From assembly GCA_002633275.1 (NCBI GenBank), contig NWBO01000165.1, positions 11,015 through 75,014 on the forward strand: a DNA stretch of 64,000 nt, given 5' to 3'. Source of the stretch: Bacteroidales bacterium Phil12. GTDB lineage: Bacteria > Bacteroidota > Bacteroidia > Bacteroidales > P3. Of this stretch, positions 1 to 7,460 are shown one piece after another. The notes beneath the pieces are model-generated. The model was not told the DNA's origin. It searched no databases and saw only the letters and a program-made list of their open reading frames with translations. The number at the start of each line of letters is the position of its first letter. Position 1 is the stretch's first letter. The translations under genes and the position numbers were made by a program.

Positions 1-1224
1 TTTCTCGCTATGCAGGATGCGCTCCTTGTACATCAGACAGGTGGCCGCATCTCCTAAAGTGAGGAAACGGTCATACTCCGGATTCATGCCGTAACAGTTG
101 CCGGGAAAGGAATTGACGAACAGTTCCAACTGGTTATAGGCTCTCTTGGATATGTGGATACCCATCCTCGAAAAACTGTTCTCCTGATGGTTCGTGCATT
201 TGTGGATGTCGGTCTTTGCAGATATGGTTACCACAAGGTTGTAGTGGGTATATACCAATTGCTTGCTCTCTCGTGCCACCACTTCCTGCACACGCTTGAT
301 GTCCTCGACTGCCATCTGGTTGCCGGGATTGGGCATACTCGCATGGAGGTTTTTCTTTTTGTCAAGCAAGGCCAGCTCTCTCTTTTGGTTGGGAATGAAT
401 ATCATCTGGTTATACACCACGGCTTCGGCGTTGGGTATGGATGATACCGCAGATACCAAATCCATTGGCATACTGCTGTTGTTGACTTCCACATTCATGT
501 AAGGACGGATGACGGAAGGTAGGCTTACGCTATCCACATCCACAAGGCTATATACCTTGCAACGCTTGTCGCCCATGGAGATACATTCGTCATCCACTTT
601 GAAATTGGTCATGGAGACTACCTTGTCTCTGAAATTCATAGCGAAGTAGCGGTCTGCATAGTCACTGACTTCCTGTTTGCCCAGAAACTTTATCTGAACA
701 CCTGCATCACGCAACTGGTCATGCACCTTGCGTATCTTCACAAGGAAATCACGCCATTTCTTGCTGTCGTATGAAAACAGGCTGCTCTTCTTGGATTCCT
801 GTGTGATGGTCAGATAACATTCGCTGTCGGTGTAGGGTCTGCCGTTGAAGTAACGGAAATAGGACAAAGAGAGAAATTCACGTTCCTCACCGTTCATTCC
901 CTCAAAGCTCTTTTTTACAAAAATGTCCTGCTTGTGCAGAGCATATCCTTCTCCCAATGTCTGTGCTATGGCGGTAAAGAGTTGGGTGAACTCGTAATAG
1001 GCATCGATGTTGGCACAATACTTCTGCACCGGATTCTCCACTTTCAGCACAGCGGAGTATTCGCCTGTCTTGGTATATATCACACCGATCCCGTCCGCAT
1101 CTTCCACGGAGAAATAGATGTCCTGGAATATCCGTTTCCGTTTGCCTCCCGTGCCGAAGGCATAGATCAAAATGGCCATGCCTGCGCAAATGGCAATAAA
1201 AATCAGGAAGATGTATGTAATCAT
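1..1224 (-). CDS. traG: TraG-family (VirB4-like) conjugative-transposon ATPase, N-terminal 408 codons; the gene continues beyond the window start
   Basis: Own translation of the minus strand; the ORF is absent from the track because it runs off the edge. ATG at 1224, open through position 1: MITYIFLIFIAICAGMAILIYAFG...GYALHKQDIFVKKSF...MNPEYDRFLTLGDAATCLMYKERILHSEK. No competing long ORF in this span. It lies directly downstream of traE/traF, as in CTnDOT-type tra operons. Confidence 0.8.
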   Translation of the reverse strand, partial: MITYIFLIFIAICAGMAILIYAFGTGGKRKRIFQDIYFSVEDADGIGVIYTKTGEYSAVLKVENPVQKYCANIDAYYEFTQLFTAIAQTLGEGYALHKQDIFVKKSFEGMNGEEREFLSLSYFRYFNGRPYTDSECYLTITQESKKSSLFSYDSKKWRDFLVKIRKVHDQLRDAGVQIKFLGKQEVSDYADRYFAMNFRDKVVSMTNFKVDDECISMGDKRCKVYSLVDVDSVSLPSVIRPYMNVEVNNSSMPMDLVSAVSSIPNAEAVVYNQMIFIPNQKRELALLDKKKNLHASMPNPGNQMAVEDIKRVQEVVARESKQLVYTHYNLVVTISAKTDIHKCTNHQENSFSRMGIHISKRAYNQLELFVNSFPGNCYGMNPEYDRFLTLGDAATCLMYKERILHSEK

Positions 1225-1322
1225 TCGGTTAGTTACAATTAAGGGAAGGCTGACCTAATCAAAGGACAAGCCTACCCACGTTCAACATTCAATATATCCA
1301 TTCATGGTCAAATGGTTTTCTG

Positions 1323-1619
1323 TTACATTTTCTTGGAATAGGCATAGATGAACACTCCTCGTTCCTGTCGTTTGCTGTGCAGCCCCTTGCGCTGCTTGAA
1401 CAGAATCAGTCCGGCACCGCCTGTTACGGTAACTGCCAGTACAATCAGTGCGAGAATGAATCCTGCCAGACAGTAGGCTATGATAAAGCCGACTATGGCA
1501 ATGCCTATCGTAGCTGCCGCCCAATAGATGTATCGTCCTTGAATACCCATAAATTCAAGGGGACGTTGAAGCCCCTTGAACAATGGATAATCGGGATAGT
1601 GTTCCTCTCTGCCGTCCAT
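1323..1619 (-). CDS. traF: Small two-TM conjugal transfer protein, TraF/DUF4133 type
   Basis: 98-aa ORF MDGREEHYPDYPLFKGLQRPLEFMGIQGRYIYWAAATIGIAIVGFIIAYCLAGFILALIVLAV... The ATG lies 12 nt after the traE stop, and the gene sits between traE and traG. Confidence 0.75.
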   Translation of the reverse strand: MDGREEHYPDYPLFKGLQRPLEFMGIQGRYIYWAAATIGIAIVGFIIAYCLAGFILALIVLAVTVTGGAGLILFKQRKGLHSKRQERGVFIYAYSKKM

Positions 1620-1631
1620 ACCGCCTGTGCT

Positions 1632-1839
1632 TTAAGAGAGACCGAAGAACAGAGGAAGTGCCTGGGCTGCCACGATGAGGAAGATACAGGCTCCGACCAC
1701 CATCATGATCTTCTTCTTGACATCCTGCTCCTCGTTGTTCATTGCGATGTAAACCGAGATTGCACCCACTACGGCAACCACACCGGCAATGGCGTAGCAC
1801 AGTTTTACCACAATGGGAACATACTTGGCGATTTCCTCG
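1632..1839 (-). pseudogene. traE: traE (DUF4134, VirB2-like) 3' fragment, cut off from its 5' part by the nested element
   Basis: The frame ends at TAA (1632-1634) and reads ..HEEIAKYVPIVVKLCYAIAGVVAVVGAISVYIAMNNEEQDVKKKIMMVVGACIFLIVAAQALPLFFGLS. There is no start codon; the frame is closed by TAA at 1848-1850 inside the element's terminal repeat. It aligns with the C-terminal half of the paralog at 15253..15585. Confidence 0.85.
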
Positions 1840-1840
1840 T

Positions 1841-1850
1841 GATTATTTTA
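1841..1850. repeat. Left terminal inverted repeat of the nested element (GATTATTTTA), preceded by the duplicated target TTCCTCG at 1833-1839
   Basis: Exact reverse complement of 15031-15040. Confidence 0.8.
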
Positions 1851-2263
1851 TTTCTTTATAAACCTCTGAAACACAATACGTTTATAAAATCATTCAAAGT
1901 TCAATGTTCCCAAAAAGTGACAAAGGCCAAATCTGATGTAGTTCGTTAACATGAACACTTGCAGATTGAAAGCAAAAGCGTAAAATAGGAAATATTCGTT
2001 AAAGGTTTGTTAACACAAAATAGGCACCCATGTTGCAAATTAGCTATTGAAAACAAGCTGCTCTACAATCTTACAGGGTGCTTTCAGGGATAAGCGATGT
2101 AAAGCAGTTTTTCATATCGATGTATTATCATAGATAATACTATAAAGGGCTATTATGTTCTTGTGATAACATGATAGGTGGACACTATGAAATAAGGGAA
2201 AGAAAATTTTGTGTTACCTGTTGAATATCAGTATTTTTACTTGCATATCTGAAAATATTTTCG

Positions 2264-2271
2264 TAAATTTG
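2264..2271 (+). promoter_or_regulatory. Candidate Bacteroidota -7 box TAAATTTG (TAnnTTTG)
   Basis: Exact match to the TAnnTTTG consensus, about 35 nt upstream of the small ORF at 2306. Confidence 0.3.
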
Positions 2272-2305
2272 AAGTAGATTTACAGACTCACTTAAAACTA
2301 TTGAT

Positions 2306-2425
2306 ATGGAAAATTTAGAAAATCTATTTCTCGTTATTTTGTTCTTCTGGGCTCTGAAAGCCTTGTTTTTGGGTTGGTGTAAAGGATTTGGTAAACCTCG
2401 CAAGAAAGAATGGTGGGAACCATGA
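2306..2425 (+). CDS. Speculative 39-aa hydrophobic peptide with a basic tail
   Basis: ATG..TGA found by hand and too short for the ORF track: MENLENLFLVILFFWALKALFLGWCKGFGKPRKKEWWEP. One predicted TM segment. Preceded by a TAnnTTTG box. No other support. Confidence 0.2.
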   Translation: MENLENLFLVILFFWALKALFLGWCKGFGKPRKKEWWEP

Positions 2426-2787
2426 CCTCACGAAATGTTAGGTCAACTGAATAATGATGCCATGTTTCAAGAGCCATATTTTAGGGCAGCGTGGATAAGG
2501 CGTTCTGTTTTGGTACACCCCTGGCGATTACTGCTACCATGTTTCGTGGTAACAGCCTTAATCGGAATGTCGTGTTTCTCGACATCATTCTTTGTTATGA
2601 CTTAATGCCTGTGCTACAATCCTCGCTCGGCGAGGTCAACGATAAATACCACTTCCCTTATTTTGCCAATTTCTATAGTGTGCAATCTAGATGAGATTGC
2701 AATAGATTATCATAACAAACTAGTAATCAGATATTGATATCCAAGATTACATTATAATGTTCCTATTTTGTAGAAATATAGCTGTTA

Positions 2788-2871
2788 GTTGACAATTTAT
2801 GACAACATTTTTGGCAAATAATTTGGAAGTCTCATTTTATTGTATTAATTTTGTTGTCAAATATAGTCAAC
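2788..2871 (+). promoter_or_regulatory. Pair of inverted 19-bp operator-like sites in front of the XRE gene
   Basis: Site 1 is GTTGACAATTTATGACAAC (2788-2806). Site 2 is GTTGTCAAATATAGTCAAC (2853-2871). The reverse complement of site 2 matches site 1 at 16/19 positions. Site 2 ends 2 nt before the ATG at 2874. Confidence 0.45.
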
Positions 2872-2873
2872 AG

Positions 2874-3185
2874 ATGCCAAATATGAAATTTACTGAAAAA
2901 ATAAAGACACTAAGAGAAGCTGGAGGATTGACGCAACGTCAACTTTCTGCCAATCTTAGTATTGATGTTGCTTTGTATAATAGATTCGAAAAAGGTGAAC
3001 GTTTGATGAAACGTGAGCTCGTATGCAAATTAGCAGAGATATATGGTCAAGAACCAGACGAACTTATTAAGTATTGGTTGGCTGATAAAGTCTACTCAAT
3101 ATTAAATGATGAAAATACTGCCGGTCAAGTAATTGAGATGGTAGCAGAGGATATACCTGAATACGTAAAACGCAGTTCTATTTGA
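2874..3185 (+). CDS. XRE-family helix-turn-helix transcriptional regulator
   Basis: MPNMKFTEKIKTLREAGGLTQRQLSANLSIDVALYNRFEKGERLMKRELVCKLAEIYG.. is a classic HTH_3 pattern. The track ORF starts at 2799, but its first 25 codons overlap operator site 1 and look non-native. ATG at 2874 (or 2883) is preferred. Confidence 0.75.
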   Translation: MPNMKFTEKIKTLREAGGLTQRQLSANLSIDVALYNRFEKGERLMKRELVCKLAEIYGQEPDELIKYWLADKVYSILNDENTAGQVIEMVAEDIPEYVKRSSI

Positions 3186-3187
3186 AT

Positions 3188-4051
3188 ATGGAGATAAAAG
3201 AATCTTTGAGATTGCTTGTAGAAAGATTTCAACAAGCAAAAGCAAATGGAGGTTTAGATTTGTCTTCGGAAGCTACAATGCGTGCCTGGATTGACGAACT
3301 CTTGGCACTCTTCGGCTGGGATGTACAAAACACACACCAGGTATTGACCGAGCACACATTAGGGAAGCAGGAACGCAAGAAGCTCCATGAAATTGGCTCA
3401 ACAAACACTTGCCCCGACTACACATTAGTTAACGGTAATGTCGCGTTAGCTTTTGTTGATGCTAAAAGTCTTGATGTTGACATAGAGAATGACAAAAGTG
3501 TTTCTTTTCAAATTCGTTCTTATGGCTGGTCTGTAGGGGCACAATATTCTATCGTGACAAACTTTAACACATTGTCAATATATGATTGTCAGTGGATGCC
3601 ACGTATAGATGATGAAGCAAATAGTGCTCGACTCTATTTCTACAACAGCACTGAATATGTAGAAAATTTCGAAATTCTACGTATGTTCTTACTTCGTGAG
3701 AATATCATTAAAAAGCAATTGGTCTTTTCACATAGTGAGCAAGAGTCTCTTGATTACAACTTTTCTAAATTTCTTGGTGAAATAAGAATAAAATTGGCAG
3801 AGTCCATAATTCGCAACAATGAGTATGACGATTTGAATTTGGTCAGTTCTTTTGTGCAAACTATAATCAATAGAATCCTTTTTATCAGAGTATGCGAATC
3901 CAATAATTTTTATGCTTATGCAAAGAATTATGTAAAGAACTTTGGTATATATCCGATGTCAAAAGAACAAAAGAATACATTATTAGGTTTACAGTCAAAA
4001 GAGGAGATAAATCGATATGTTGCTGATTTGTATCAGTTACGTATTTTTTGA
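3188..4051 (+). CDS. PD-(D/E)xK nuclease-like protein resembling the HsdR_N / type IIG (Eco57I/PglX-type) N-terminal region; no methyltransferase module follows, so it is either standalone or a truncated remnant
   Basis: SEATMRAWIDELLALFGWDV..CPDYTLV..ALAFVDAKS..QIRSYGWS..IVTNFNTLSIYD, then ..IINRILFIRVCE, as seen at the start of the helical linker of type IIG enzymes (recalled from memory). The ATG lies 2 nt after the XRE stop (the track's TTG at 3182 was rejected). Confidence 0.45.
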   Translation: MEIKESLRLLVERFQQAKANGGLDLSSEATMRAWIDELLALFGWDVQNTHQVLTEHTLGKQERKKLHEIGSTNTCPDYTLVNGNVALAFVDAKSLDVDIENDKSVSFQIRSYGWSVGAQYSIVTNFNTLSIYDCQWMPRIDDEANSARLYFYNSTEYVENFEILRMFLLRENIIKKQLVFSHSEQESLDYNFSKFLGEIRIKLAESIIRNNEYDDLNLVSSFVQTIINRILFIRVCESNNFYAYAKNYVKNFGIYPMSKEQKNTLLGLQSKEEINRYVADLYQLRIF

Positions 4052-4085
4052 TTGTAAGCATCCAAATATCAAGTATAATATAAAT

Positions 4086-4901
4086 ATGCAAACACGAGTC
4101 ATACCAGAACATATACTGGAAAATATTTGCGACATTATAGGTGAAACGTCTACTGGACTAACAGGGACAAAAATAAGCAAATATCTTAAGGCATCAAATA
4201 TTGAAGAATATACTCCCCAAGGCGTGATGCTTGCCAAGAGAAAGATTCTGTATCATTCTTTATCAGAAAAACAGAAGAATGATAAATGCTCAAACAATGT
4301 GTTGACATTTATCTCTACAGTTATGTCTCCTGCGAATTTTGTTAACAATATAAGCTTATTTGAAGAATGGAAAATAAACATTAATAAGCAATTAGCTTTT
4401 GTTGGTTACGAGCTTCAAGATGACTCGTCATATAAAGAAATCCAAAAAGCATCTACTATATTAGATGTCAAAATAAAGACAGAAAACTTAAAGAAAGAGT
4501 TAGAATCAAGAAAAGCTCATCCGCAAATTTTCAACTATTGTAAAGAAGAGTTGTTACAAAACAACTACTTCCATTCTGTTCTTGAAGCCAATAAAGGCCT
4601 ATTCAAAAGAATCCGAGAGCTTTCTACATTAGAAAAAGATGGGCAAAACCTAATAGAGCAAGTATTTAGTGATAGCAATCCAATTGTTATTATCAATAAC
4701 TATCAGTCCCAGTCAGAAAAAAACGAACATCGGGGGTTTAGAAGTCTGCTTATAGGGCTATGTGCAATGTTTCGAAATACAACAGCACACGAGCTAAAGG
4801 TTGATTGGCCAATTCAAGAGCAGGACGCACTAGAAATATTGGGTATCATTTCTTATTGTCATGGACGTCTAGATCAAGCTCAAAGAATAAGAAACGTTTA
4901 A
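4086..4901 (+). CDS. TIGR02391 (Hypoth_Ymh)-type protein with an unknown N-terminal domain
   Basis: The C-terminal half HPQIFNYCKEELLQNNYFHSVLEANKGLFKRIRE..DGQNLIEQVFS..NEHRGFRSLLIGLCAMFRNTTAHEL..QDALEILGIISYCHGRLD matches the remembered TIGR02391 signature. ATG at 4086 was chosen because the track start at 4017 overlaps the upstream gene. Confidence 0.65.
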   Translation: MQTRVIPEHILENICDIIGETSTGLTGTKISKYLKASNIEEYTPQGVMLAKRKILYHSLSEKQKNDKCSNNVLTFISTVMSPANFVNNISLFEEWKININKQLAFVGYELQDDSSYKEIQKASTILDVKIKTENLKKELESRKAHPQIFNYCKEELLQNNYFHSVLEANKGLFKRIRELSTLEKDGQNLIEQVFSDSNPIVIINNYQSQSEKNEHRGFRSLLIGLCAMFRNTTAHELKVDWPIQEQDALEILGIISYCHGRLDQAQRIRNV

Positions 4902-4954
4902 GATATAATTCTGGTAAAAATATCACGGAGGTCTGGCACATAAATTTAGAGAAT

Positions 4955-5548
4955 ATGATTTACGTTGTATCGAAAAGGAGAAAACTTGATAGCATAAAGA
5001 CACAATATCCCAATGCTATAATCTGCGATGTAACAAGTACATCGCCAAATTCTCTCGTCAAACTTAGTCCATTTTATCCTCATATGAACATCCCCATACC
5101 ATTCTCACCAGGTTACACAGGCGCATCTGTCGAAGGTATTTGGCAAGGACTTAAAGTATTTGTTGGTGAAGATATTGACATTGATTCCTTCACCAACACA
5201 TCCATGAAAAATATCAAAAGAACTTGTAAGACTCATGGCAAAGTGTTGGGACATAGAAAAGGTATACATGGAATCGAAATATTAGACTACAACTCTGCCA
5301 AGTTGAACATTTACATTCCTTCATATAAGTGGGTGATAGAAAATGTGGTAAAAGATTTAATTAATAAAATGCGTAAAGTCCACAAGACAAAAGATTTAGT
5401 TCTGTTAGATTACAACACATGTCAAAATGTTCTTGATGACTCCAAACCTCTATCTCATGCTTACCTAATAAAAGCATATATATTGGGATTATATCCATAC
5501 AATACTGATAATCAACAATTATCTTTTTTTGACAATGAGACGTTCTAA
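4955..5548 (+). CDS. 197-aa protein of unknown function, translationally coupled to the DarT-like gene. It has a weak NADAR-like motif and is a candidate antitoxin or reversing enzyme.
   Basis: First ATG of the ORF; the track start at 4805 is a TTG overlapping the previous gene. LSPFYP..(18 aa)..ASVEGIWQGLKVF resembles the NADAR/YbiA pattern (LSNF.. then ..SxEHyfQaxKF). The stop overlaps the next gene's ATG by 14 nt. Confidence 0.55.
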   Translation: MIYVVSKRRKLDSIKTQYPNAIICDVTSTSPNSLVKLSPFYPHMNIPIPFSPGYTGASVEGIWQGLKVFVGEDIDIDSFTNTSMKNIKRTCKTHGKVLGHRKGIHGIEILDYNSAKLNIYIPSYKWVIENVVKDLINKMRKVHKTKDLVLLDYNTCQNVLDDSKPLSHAYLIKAYILGLYPYNTDNQQLSFFDNETF

Positions 5549-6428
5549 CTGGTTGAATTTTGATAGAACACTAAAACAGTTTGGAGTAGATCGGTTATAT
5601 CATTTTACAGACCGAGCAAACCTACCTTCGATTATAAAAAATCGAGGTTTACTCTCATGGGCTGATTGTGATGAAAAAGGAATAAAAATAGCAGCACCAG
5701 GTGGTGATTGTTCGTCTCGCATGTATGATAAAAGGGACAATCTACATCATTATGTGCGATTAAGTTTTACAAATAAACATCCTATGATGTTTGTCGCTAT
5801 GCGTGAAGGTAGAATTAAAACCCCGGTAGTTTTAGAAATTGACACAAGTATTATCTTTGATGACACCACTCTCTTTTCTAACATGAATGCTGTTAAAAGA
5901 GAAGCGTCCATAGGTGGTTCCTTATCTGATTTTAGTAAAATTCATTTTGATGCAGTAACGCGCAGGACTCAGTTCGATTTATCTTCTGAAGAACAAAAAT
6001 ATTTTCAAGCAGAGATACTTGTGAAGAATTTTCTGCCTCTTGAATATATATCTAATATAACATCATTCAACATTCCATTGCCATCTGATATAGAGTTAAA
6101 AAATTATTATGGCAAGCACAACTATGTGTATGATAGAGAAGCCGTAGAATTGCTTTCTGACTGCTTATGGAAATTAAGCCATACAACATATTTGCAAGGT
6201 GTTAATCTCTCCGAAATGATATTTGAGATGCTTGATAATGACAACTCTCTACAAATACATATCCGTGGAGTTCTAGATTGCGAAGGTACTTTTCACCTGG
6301 TAGTATCACAAGGTTATACTTGTGGAATGTGTTCTATTGCATTAGAACATTTTATAAATTTGTTGACCCCATTAGGAATGTTTGATGATGGCATGAAACA
6401 TAAATTATCTATTTTAATCAATCAATAA
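5535..6428 (+). CDS. DarT-like (DUF4433) DNA ADP-ribosyltransferase with an uncharacterised C-terminal extension of about 110 aa
   Basis: RLYHFTDRANLPSIIKNRGLLSW (His motif), HHYVRLSFTNKHPMMF (Tyr motif), LFSNMNA, and KYFQAEILVKNFLPLEYISNI (catalytic Glu in a QAE[FIL]LV context) match remembered DarT sequences. Residues from about 185 to 297 resemble nothing I recognise. Confidence 0.7.
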   Translation: MRRSNWLNFDRTLKQFGVDRLYHFTDRANLPSIIKNRGLLSWADCDEKGIKIAAPGGDCSSRMYDKRDNLHHYVRLSFTNKHPMMFVAMREGRIKTPVVLEIDTSIIFDDTTLFSNMNAVKREASIGGSLSDFSKIHFDAVTRRTQFDLSSEEQKYFQAEILVKNFLPLEYISNITSFNIPLPSDIELKNYYGKHNYVYDREAVELLSDCLWKLSHTTYLQGVNLSEMIFEMLDNDNSLQIHIRGVLDCEGTFHLVVSQGYTCGMCSIALEHFINLLTPLGMFDDGMKHKLSILINQ

Positions 6429-6429
6429 T

Positions 6430-7413
6430 ATGGACGTATTAAGTTTATCTAAAATCAGAACGCAAGTCTTGCAGCAGGTTCTTCCTTCGGGTGAAGAACC
6501 TATAGATATTGCATTCTGCATGATTGGAGACAATCTTACAATGTCTCCAATTGAAGTTAATGGAGACTTTTCTCCATCAAAGAAGCGTGATATGCGCTTA
6601 AAAGTTCTGAACTTGTTTCTCAACAAGGAGAATCCTGATTTACGGCAAGCAGCTGAACTTGTGTATTTCTCGTTCGATCCTGTGATGAATGTTGACTACT
6701 GTTTCCAAATTTTTCCAAACAGCAGGAATACAAATCTATTTGTTTTCTCATCTACAGGCAAAAAAATTAGTGCTTTTACACCTTACAATACCACAATAGA
6801 CGAAAGAACAGAAATTGAACGTGCCATTAAAGCTTGTGCCGGAAAAGAAAGTTCATTTGCCTCCTTACGTAGTAAGTTTTCTAAACTTCTTAGTATGTCA
6901 AAGCCTGAACAGCTAAAAGTAATTCCTAGTGCTAACTCTATCTCTATAGATTTAAGCAAAGCAAATCAAAAGTCAGAAAATTCCGAAAACAAAACAAAAA
7001 CTCAAGTTGTGAAAGAATCCAATAATGGTGGAAAAACTCCATTTGAAAGATTTGCTATAGACACAATCATAAGGTTAAACAGTCCTCAATTTGATGAAAT
7101 GCGTGATAAAAAGCAGGGGCCAGTAGCTATCAGAGAGACTCTTTCTGCCTTTACCAAACAAATGATAGAACAGTTCCCTGAGTGGGATGGACTGTTTGAA
7201 TTTCTTCCACAAGATAACCACGTTTGTATTTCGTTATCAAAAGGCTTTGATGATGAAACAACGATGCAGGCAATTCCATGCCTTTGGAGAAGAAAGTCTT
7301 TTGTTGAAAATTGCATTTTGTTTGGCGTACTTAAATTCGTTTTCCTTGACAAGGTTCACAACACTTTTGATGTATTGGACTTAACAAAAATAGATCCATA
7401 TAAGTTGCCTTAA
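6430..7413 (+). CDS. 327-aa protein of unknown function; third member of the DarT-like module
   Basis: The ATG lies 1 nt after the DarT-like stop. A low-complexity Lys/Asn/Ser/Glu linker (KANQKSENSENKTKTQVVKESNNGGK) separates two unrecognised domains. The gene is followed by a terminator. Confidence 0.55.
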   Translation: MDVLSLSKIRTQVLQQVLPSGEEPIDIAFCMIGDNLTMSPIEVNGDFSPSKKRDMRLKVLNLFLNKENPDLRQAAELVYFSFDPVMNVDYCFQIFPNSRNTNLFVFSSTGKKISAFTPYNTTIDERTEIERAIKACAGKESSFASLRSKFSKLLSMSKPEQLKVIPSANSISIDLSKANQKSENSENKTKTQVVKESNNGGKTPFERFAIDTIIRLNSPQFDEMRDKKQGPVAIRETLSAFTKQMIEQFPEWDGLFEFLPQDNHVCISLSKGFDDETTMQAIPCLWRRKSFVENCILFGVLKFVFLDKVHNTFDVLDLTKIDPYKLP

Positions 7414-7434
7414 GGCAATGATTTTTCGAAGTAG

Positions 7435-7459
7435 AGGGATGCCCCAACGGAGCATCCCT
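7435..7459 (+). terminator. Stem-loop terminator at the convergent junction between the cargo operon and the mob module
   Basis: AGGGATGC (7435-7442), 9-nt loop, GCATCCCT (7452-7459), followed by TTTCATTT. It lies between the stop at 7413 (+) and the stop at 7461 (-). Confidence 0.55.
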
Positions 7460-7460
7460 T

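Noticed and set aside
1377-1949. 190-aa plus-strand ORF across traF/traE
   Set aside because: It is antisense to two well-supported tra genes and spans the element junction at 1840.
2491-2694. 67-aa plus-strand ORF (GTG start) and 72-aa minus-strand ORF 2185..2403
   Set aside because: Neither has a motif, a promoter box or an ATG start. The region is more likely to contain a relic of a minus-strand gene (see the finding on 1851-2790).
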